Source: Nemertoderma westbladi (Eukaryota; Animalia; Xenacoelomorpha). Taken from it: a stretch of 57,030 nt of DNA. The notes beneath the pieces are model-generated. The model saw only the letters and a list, made by a program, of their open reading frames with translations. It was not told the DNA's origin and ran no database searches. The translations under genes were made by a program, and so were the position numbers. The DNA lies in assembly GCA_032718475.1 (NCBI GenBank), contig JAUCBJ010003651.1, positions 1-57,030 on the forward strand, in the 5' to 3' direction. This document shows, piece by piece, positions 49,245 to 57,030 of the stretch (the stretch's first letter is position 1; every line of letters starts with the position of its first letter).

Positions 49245-50233
49245 CTAGAGACGGGCCTAGCGGCCCGTAGGAGACAGTACGAGTCAAGTAAAAGCTTTTT
49301 GTTCTGTCTGATAACAAATTAGTGTGAGCGTAGTCCCGGTGGTATACGAGAAATTTTCTAGACAACTTCAAACTATAATTATTATGTTGTAATCATCTAA
49401 TGAATTATAAAAGCTGTTGTGATTATAGAAGATAGAGAGCAGTTAGCGAAATGATTATTTTATTCTATCGGATAGAGTAGTCGGAGTCTCAGAGAGGAGT
49501 CGAGGTGTCAATTGATTAAAAATAATAACAGCAGTTGTCATGAATTCAATACAATCGCGCACAAGAAGTGATAAGACAAATTCGTTCTTATTTTTGTAAT
49601 AAATAAAACAAGTTGAGATGTTTCAATGTAAACCGCGATATAAATTAAATACAACAATTATATTATTATTATAACAGATTTTTATATTTCAAACTATAAT
49701 GTTAGCGTTATGGAGAATCATTATTGTGCAGCCTCCACAGTATTAATGTTGGCACAAAGATTTCAAAATTATTTTTCAAAGTTATTTAGCTTGCACGCCA
49801 ATTAATTAACTTTTGGAAGAGTTATTCAGCTGAGACTGTAATAGCCAGCTAAACCAGTTAATGTTTGCTTACTGTCTAGGTTGTAGAGTAGAGTGATGAT
49901 AATACTTGGCACAGAAAGTACTTCTTTGTTAGTTGCCCTTCATATTCAATTCATTACCAGGCCATCTCTATACATGCGTGCCAGCTGGTGTTCTTACTGT
50001 ATCATTGCACCTATGGCAATTTTCGTGTTTTGGGACTATTTTTCGAAATAAAACAAGTTGAAATATTTCAATTTAAACCGCGATTTCACAAGTACCCATA
50101 GAAATCTATTTTCATGGTCCATGCAAAATGTCATCAAAATCGTTAAAGCCGTTTTTGCTCTAGGTCAGTAGTCAGTTGTAGCCAGTAGCCAGTAGCTTTT
50201 TTTCTTACAGGAATCAAGTCTTACGACTTGCTT
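49245..50233 (-). mobile_element. Non-autonomous Helitron/Helentron-like element
   Basis: Minus-strand 3' end acgggcc-gcta-ggcccgt hairpin then CTAG|T; 5' region with hairpin, short microsatellite and aaaacggctttaacgattttgatg. Confidence 0.55.
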
Positions 50234-50234
50234 A

Positions 50235-51705
50235 CTAGAGACGGCGTCAAGACGCCCTTAAGCAAGTCGGAAGTCATCAATCAAATGTAAATTTCATCAA
50301 CAATGTTTGCCTATGTTCTGAAGGAAAGTGCTAATTACCTATGGTCAGAGAGAGAGATTCCACTCGGTAACTTGGCAATTACTCAAATCCATTCACCTGA
50401 ATGGCACAGTAGAGTAAACTAAAGTAGTAAATTTCCTCAACAATATTTGCCTATGGTCTGAAGGAAAGCCGCTAAATGCCATTCACCTATAAAACATTTT
50501 GAATGCCACAGTGTGTAATACAGATATTAAGAATTGATTTTTACATTTCAAACTATAATGTTAGCCTATGGAAAATCATATTAGGTGGTTGATTAAATAT
50601 ACACTTTTATAAACATAGTCTCCACAGTATTAATGATGGCCAAAAGATTTATAAATAAAACAATTAGATGCAATGTATTTTAGTTGATACACTACATGTA
50701 CACTGTACATATACATACATGTACACATCGACATTGTAGATGGTGTGGAAAGTTCTGTCCATTCAACTAATGCTGAGCTTCGCGGTAGGTAGGACAAAGG
50801 AATTTAGTTGCCAAACCAGATGGTGTAATTGTTCTATGCCTTACACTCTGTCTATGACAGACGAGGTTTGTTTGTCCTGTACAAACAATGCAACCTACTC
50901 TCACTCGAGTTGAGTTGAGATGTAATTAGTAGGCCATTCCTCAATTGAATAGCATTACTGGGCCATCTCTATACATGTCATTCATTCTAAATGCCATTCA
51001 CCTATAAAACATTTTGAATGCCACAGTGTGTAACCTGATACAGATAATAAGCATTGATTTTTACATCTCAAACTATAATGTTAGCCTATGGAAAATCATA
51101 TTATGTGGTTGATTAAATATACACTTTTATAAACATACAGTCTACATAGTATTAATGTTGGCATTAATGTAGCCAACACAAGTCATTCAGCTTACATTAT
51201 CAGAGTGAGTAACTTGCAGATATTCCCATAGAATGCACTGGGAAGAGTAATTCAGCTGAAGCGATAATAGATCTCAAACTAAACCAACCTGTTAATGTTT
51301 GCTTTGCCAGAGAGTGGTAGGGCCTAAACAAACAGTATGAGTGTACTAAGTACAGTAATCTTAGCAACCTCATCGATTTATACTAAGGAAGTGATTTTTT
51401 ATGTCCTTTTATTTGACTTCTTTTGTCCTCCCTTTTTTACGAATTGTGCAATGACCTTTGTTGTCCCTTTAATGACTTTTGTTGTCCTTTTAATGACTTT
51501 TTATGTATGTATTTCTTCAAACTGTCAGACTGCTAATTTCTGGACTGTCAGACAGTTGATTTCAACATGCATTGCCAAAACATTCAAAATTTGTTGATTT
51601 ATGGTCTGTCGGACATTTGGTTTCACTATGCCTGTGCCAAAACATTCCAAGATTTATAGACTATAAGATAGATTTCCATGCGCCTGTGGTAAAAGACTCT
51701 AAATT
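50235..51705 (-). mobile_element. Second related Helitron-like element, head-to-tail with the first, cut by BEL copy 2
   Basis: 3' ggcgtc-tt-gacgcc hairpin then TCTCTAG|T; shares internal blocks with 49245-50233; internal duplication ~50478-50650 / ~50988-51165; right boundary uncertain. Confidence 0.5.
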
Positions 51706-52952
51706 TGTTCGCGCTTTTGAAGACCTTTAGCAGTTTAACCTGCCAAAATTTATATGTCTTCTAGTTAATTAAAACCACTTTAGCATACGACAATAATTTA
51801 TGCTAATACGCAAAACATTAGCCGAAGTCAGCCCATGCGCGATCATTCACCCGATGGATCTACACCCGGGAGACTGAATTCGGATGCTTGAATTGTATTA
51901 TTACAGTGTAAGGTTGCAGTGTATACCTATGTATTATTCGATAGATCGTTAATAATTAATCTCTGACAAATATTATTGGCTTTCGGGAAATATTAACAGT
52001 TCCTTTAGGACGTGGCGCTTTATCTATTTAAACAGAACTAAGACTTATACTAAACGCAACGATACTGCTTATGATTAAAGTATAAAACGTATTCTTTAGG
52101 AAATACTTTGTTACCAATCACGATCATACACACTATTCTGCCGACAGTCAGTACATTTGATCACACATAAAGAGAGCAGTAATTGACTCACGTAGGGTCT
52201 GCTAAATAACATTGGATTCAATACACACCACATTAATATAAATCGCAATTGTTATGTATAGCCGGTCTCTCTAACCTGTAGTGTTATCAAGAAAATTGGG
52301 AATTGGGTGATTTATCCGTATTATCCAAATAGCAATATTTCCATCAACAAATATTTACAATTAATAACTGACGGTAAAATAACAGTACAAACAATATGAT
52401 TATTGCAATTAAATTAAGTGAGTATGTTAATTAAGTAAGGTGACACCGCCGGTAACAGTTTATACTTTCGATAATTCAAGCAGTTTACGGTACAGCAGTA
52501 TCTATCCAAAAAATGCCGGTGTTTCTGGCTTAGACAGCAATAACAACAAAGTATCAAGTAAAAAGCAGTAAGACTGAACACACTCCTTATGATCGACTAA
52601 AAAGCTACACATCGACAGGAAAAATCGCTCTGATTGGCTCAAGCCAAACAAAGAACCACACATCTAATGGCTGTCTCCATGTCAGCAACCAGCTGTTAGA
52701 TGTCGTAATATGAATCATCACGGCTAAGCTGTGAAAGGTGGTTGGTGCATTACAAGTTTTTTGTCTTACCATGTCCGCTAAAACACGTATATAGCAGAAT
52801 GATTTTTATGTCCGTTAAAACACCTGTAAAGGTACCTTGCGGGCGAGGGGAATATATATACAGTTAGAAAACCTTTTGAGAGTATTCCAGCGTCTGGGGG
52901 GGAACTGGCCAGCAAGGGCAAACGTATCAGTTATCCCACAAAAGCTTTTACA
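51706..52952 (-). repeat. 3' LTR of BEL copy 2 (1247 bp)
   Basis: tgttcgcgctttt...gcttttaca; clearly diverged from copy 1 LTR. Confidence 0.9.
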
Positions 52953-53030
52953 CCGCTCCCAGAAAATGGGATTTAAGTCTATAAAATATACAAAATCACA
53001 GTTTCTAAAATACAAAAATACTCTAAACAG

Positions 53031-54480
53031 TTAGTCTTTCTTGCGCGGACGGCGTTTACGCAGTTTTTTGAAGCTAGCAAGAGTCCTTTTCTCCTTGGGG
53101 CGAGCCACTTTACTAGGAGGGCTATAACTCCTGGGTGAAGGGTGCAATATGATTGCATCAGAAGGTATGGGATTGCGATCGGTATATCCGCCGGTCGAAG
53201 TACCGGGTTGATGGACATCAACGTCCGGGGAGAGGGGTCTAACGGCTTTGAGAGCTCGTTTCAAGACAGCCGCTCTTACGGGTCCTTTACGAGCGGTCTG
53301 AACGAGGGCCGTGGGTGGACCATAGGCAGTTAGAAACTTCCTTGGTTTAATGGTTCTTTCCAACTCGCGTTCGCGGGCTCGATACTCGTAAGGCCGTCGA
53401 TATACCTCTTGTAACTCAGGGTGTGAGTTGACGAATAAGTCTCCATAGGCAGGGTCTTGACGGATAAAGTTTATTAAGTTGTAAGACTGGATGTCACTCG
53501 GATTAATGCTCCTGAGAAATTTACGCACATATTTGGTTGAAATACACCCCCCAACGCGCCCCAACAGCCCACAACCCGACAGGCGCGATTTCCGCTCGAC
53601 GGAGGCAAACAAATATGGATGGAACGCACAAACTCCCCCATAGGCGCGTCCGGGATAACAGCGATGGCGTGAGTCACAATGCAAATCAGCGTTCGCTTCC
53701 CAAGCTCTTATATAACGTAGTACAATCATTTCACCCACGCTCTCTAAATCATGGTTAAAGGGACAATCAAAGCTGGCGTGTCCTTTTAATTGACAATGAT
53801 GGCATTGAGTCATAAATTGGGGGCAGACGGCAAAAATGTGCAAATTATTAAGCCGACAATATGCACAATAGATTTCCATCGACGGTTGCTCGTGGAAATA
53901 GGAACAAAGATCGTTGGTGTCCATAGACGTAATATGGTCTCTCGATGCGCACAGCCGACAACTTTGTCTAGAAACATAGTTGGCATGGCGATAATCATAC
54001 GCAGTAAGACACTGAGGACCTTGATACCATTCCAATATGTAGTCGCTATCGCTACTCCGAGACGTGGGAGGCTGAATCTCCTCAGATTCTAGACATATTG
54101 GTTCGTCTTCCCAGTCTGTTACGAATAGAATTTTCGTGATCTATTCTCGGTTTATCGTTACGACGCCGCTGGGTATGATATTTAAATAGAACCATTTCCC
54201 CTTCGGTGTCTACATCGTCCGTATCATGTAAATCGATAGGATGGCCGGTAGTTAAGAAGTCCATATACGTACCATTGCGATTCGTATAGCGAGCGGTGAA
54301 TTTTCTATAGTCCGCTTCGCGCGTAAGTTGTTCCTGGGACATCGGCGGTTCGATATAACGACCATCGTCCTCCGCAATAGTCGGATCAGCTTCACCGCGT
54401 ATCAAGCTATCCACAAACGCTTGTAAAGGTAGAGTATATCGCTCTCTAATACCAAGGTCATCTTCTATCAATTCCGTCAT
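53031..54480 (-). CDS. Accessory ORF of BEL copy 2: zinc-knuckle protein (~480 aa) with one frameshift near 54110
   Basis: ORFs 54082..54480 and 53031..54035 join with one shift (..RNRL/EDEPICLESEE..YILEWYQG); CRLCASRDH..C, CAYCRLNNLH..C, CHHCQLKGH..C; basic C-terminus. Confidence 0.7.
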
Positions 54481-56100
54481 ATCTGTTATCTGAGTTTATT
54501 AATATCAATATAAGTTAATATTTTAGGCCAGCGGGCGTCGCTGCCTACTAGGCTTTTGCCCCCGGACAGTGGGTTTCTCAGCGCCGATGTACCGCTGTCG
54601 CAGTGTTTACGCCAACATGTAGCACAGCACGACAACGATAACCGGCACAAGTCCCACCACTGTCCGTCCCAAAGGCTTGAATCCACTTGAGGTTATCTCG
54701 GTAGAGTTAAGGCTATTTTACAATTGCGATTAGCTACTGTAAACACACTTTAGTAGTAACATTCACCTATAAACGCACAAATTCCATACAATCCTTACTT
54801 ACTGCACACATGCATACCATTTGTCCGTTAGTCAGTGTCTTCCAGAATGTCACGTATTTACTATGTATCCTTGGATACTAATAGTGCGCTATGTATACTC
54901 TTATGCTACGCAATGGGGCAAGCTTTTTATTGTTCTTTTAACTTGCTTCTAATTCTAGCGTGGGTGTTGCCATGGTGACATTATGGAAAACTAGCGGTAG
55001 AATTAGGGCAATCCTCATGCATACAGATCTGGGATGTTATTTAATAGTAATTCTTTAATTGTCAATATCCTCTTTATGCATGATTTTATAAATTTTATCG
55101 GCTATTGACTATATGCTGGAGATTCTCACACTCTAATACACTCAATATGAATCTCCGCTCCCATGATCTATTAATTACTGGAATTTTGGGAATGTTATAA
55201 ATTGCACAAAATGACAATTTATGAAATTCATTTAAATATGAATTTAATTTATTCCCGTGAATTTTATTATTTGATGTTAAATTGACATAAATTTTATTCC
55301 AGAGCAAGTCTGGGGACATAAGATCCTTAATTCTATGAAATTTGTCTTTTAAGAGTATCGGTAAGTGCTACGATATCTTAATCGACTAGAATTGTTAACG
55401 GATCTGAATTTTAAAGATTTTAATAAATATTAAATTAATATTTTGGATGGGCACCGATTTATTCCAGAACTTGTCTGGGGACGTTAACCACTGATTCTAG
55501 AATTTGTCTTTCAAGTATATCGGTGGGTGCCACGATATCTTAATCGACTAGAATTACAGATGGTCAAAAGTTTAACAGATTTATTTGCGATTTACGCTAC
55601 TGTTAGAGGGACATCACGCTACTATATGTATTATTTGTTATAAGGTAGAAGAGCAATATCGCACGAAGCAATGTCAGTGTGAAGAGGCAAGTCGTTTCCA
55701 AGGTCTACCCAGAGCTTGGTTTAGCCGAGACACGAGGATCTGAACTTTGCATTCCTAATACTCTGCCTACCAATAATACTTAAATATAGTAGTGGCTTTA
55801 TTGTACTTTAAGAAGTACTGACATGTCATCTTACTATAGTCTCGCATTTATAATATAATACGGACAGTAAGGAAAGAGAAAATAATTACTTCTTGCCGTC
55901 GCACTAAATATATATTATAAGTAATTATGTACGTAATAAACACTAATATATTGCACTAATCTACTAAACATTCTAAAATAACATTTTACTAAATAAAATT
56001 AAATAAAAACGATTATAATAAAGTACATAATAATACATACATAAATATAAAATAAAAACAAATATAAAATGATATAGTCACACGCCCACTCCATATGTTA

Positions 56101-57030
56101 TTATGTTATGGAGTCCCTAGATATTTGTCGGATTAGGGAAGTGGTCGTAGGAAGAGTATCTTGCCTTCCATAGTTTCCGGACAGTTTTTGGTCTCTTTCC
56201 AGTAAACATAAACGACCAGCTGGGTGATTGGGTTGTCGTGTTACTTTCTCCGCTCCCTTGGCCTGTCTAATCTCAGCCGGGTTAAGGTGGGGAGGCCATT
56301 CATCTTCTTCTTTACTTAGGGAGTCGGGTCCACCTAACCAGCCTGGAGTATCTATCAGTTCTTGAGGAGTTGCTCCTCTGGAAGCGATGTCGGCTGGATT
56401 AATCGTCCCAAGGCAATGTCTCCATTGATCTACATTGGAGTTAATATCGTCATTATCTGAGGAGTATGGTGTTCCCTCAGTTGGGTCGTCCACATCACTG
56501 CTCTCCACTTCCCCCTTTACTTGGTATACCTGTTGAGGTAATCTCTCTTTGAGAGTTCTACGGGAAGGGCCAGTGAAGTACCAACCTACTCTAGTTCTTA
56601 CCGCATAAGTTTGCAATGGCTGTGGTTGAGCAGGCCGTTTCTCTAATGTTTCGAGCGCCTCGTGCGCGTTTTGGCCGATAAGTATTTGCACTCCAGGATA
56701 ATCTGTCTGGAATCGAGGTATCTTAAGATGTTGGACGCTCTCATCTTCGTCCCAATTATAAAGGTCTGCTTGAGTAGTAGCAAAGTTCTTTATAGCCACC
56801 ATTTTTACTGACCTTACACCTTGTGTTCCTAACTTATCCTGGGGGGTGGACAACACACCTACATAGTAATCTGCCGTCAGGGTAGATTTCCAAACCTGCA
56901 TAATTCCTGACATATTCAATTTAGTCCGGAACTTGGGTTGTCCAGCAAAGATGTCTTCGGCTAGTTCTTGATCGATGAATGTTCCTGTGCTGCCGGAGTC
57001 CAGGAGGGCGTTCACTATGTAGCTTTTGTT
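56101..57030 (-). CDS. C-terminal part of Gag-protease ORF of BEL copy 2
   Basis: ALLDSGS protease; QWRHC..INPADIASRG; homologous to 38310-39540. Confidence 0.9.
   Translation of the reverse strand, partial: NKSYIVNALLDSGSTGTFIDQELAEDIFAGQPKFRTKLNMSGIMQVWKSTLTADYYVGVLSTPQDKLGTQGVRSVKMVAIKNFATTQADLYNWDEDESVQHLKIPRFQTDYPGVQILIGQNAHEALETLEKRPAQPQPLQTYAVRTRVGWYFTGPSRRTLKERLPQQVYQVKGEVESSDVDDPTEGTPYSSDNDDINSNVDQWRHCLGTINPADIASRGATPQELIDTPGWLGGPDSLSKEEDEWPPHLNPAEIRQAKGAEKVTRQPNHPAGRLCLLERDQKLSGNYGRQDTLPTTTSLIRQISRDSIT

Larger units (their letters stand above)
51706..57030 (-). mobile_element. BEL/Pao LTR retrotransposon copy 2 (diverged subfamily), truncated by window end
   Basis: LTR homologous to copy 1 LTRs; collinear internal region; same RT-less protease/RNase H junction. 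Confidence 0.93.

Overview
Eukaryotic (probably invertebrate, AT-rich) heterochromatin-like window made almost entirely of nested mobile elements and satellites; no prokaryotic features. Left to right: a long-TIR DNA element with nested MITEs (5-3321); an RTE-X-like LINE (~6380-13480) whose ORF1 is split by a CACTG (EnSpm/CACTA) element that itself holds a pogo/Tigger relic; a 34-bp satellite (13611-26078) interrupted by a full-length CR1-like LINE whose ORF1 and ORF2 are in one frame, separated only by UGA-CUA and an open 13-aa repeat linker; an RTE fragment; a spliced minus-strand host gene for a type II membrane, possibly BRICHOS/ITM2-like, protein that the ORF track misses; a 46-bp satellite holding a hAT MITE, a complete 12.7-kb BEL/Pao LTR element and a CRE/Ambal-like fragment; Helitron-like elements; and a second, diverged BEL copy cut by the window end. 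The most notable system is the BEL/Pao family. Both copies keep an open protease-containing ORF with the same in-frame loss of RT, most of RNase H and integrase. Both also carry a ~1.7-kb conserved structured non-coding region and a downstream accessory ORF with shared ends but a different middle (zinc knuckles in copy 2). Copy 1 has no tRNA PBS but has a 12-nt LTR-complementary site in its place. All calls are from reading the sequence by eye; no database searches or folding were run.
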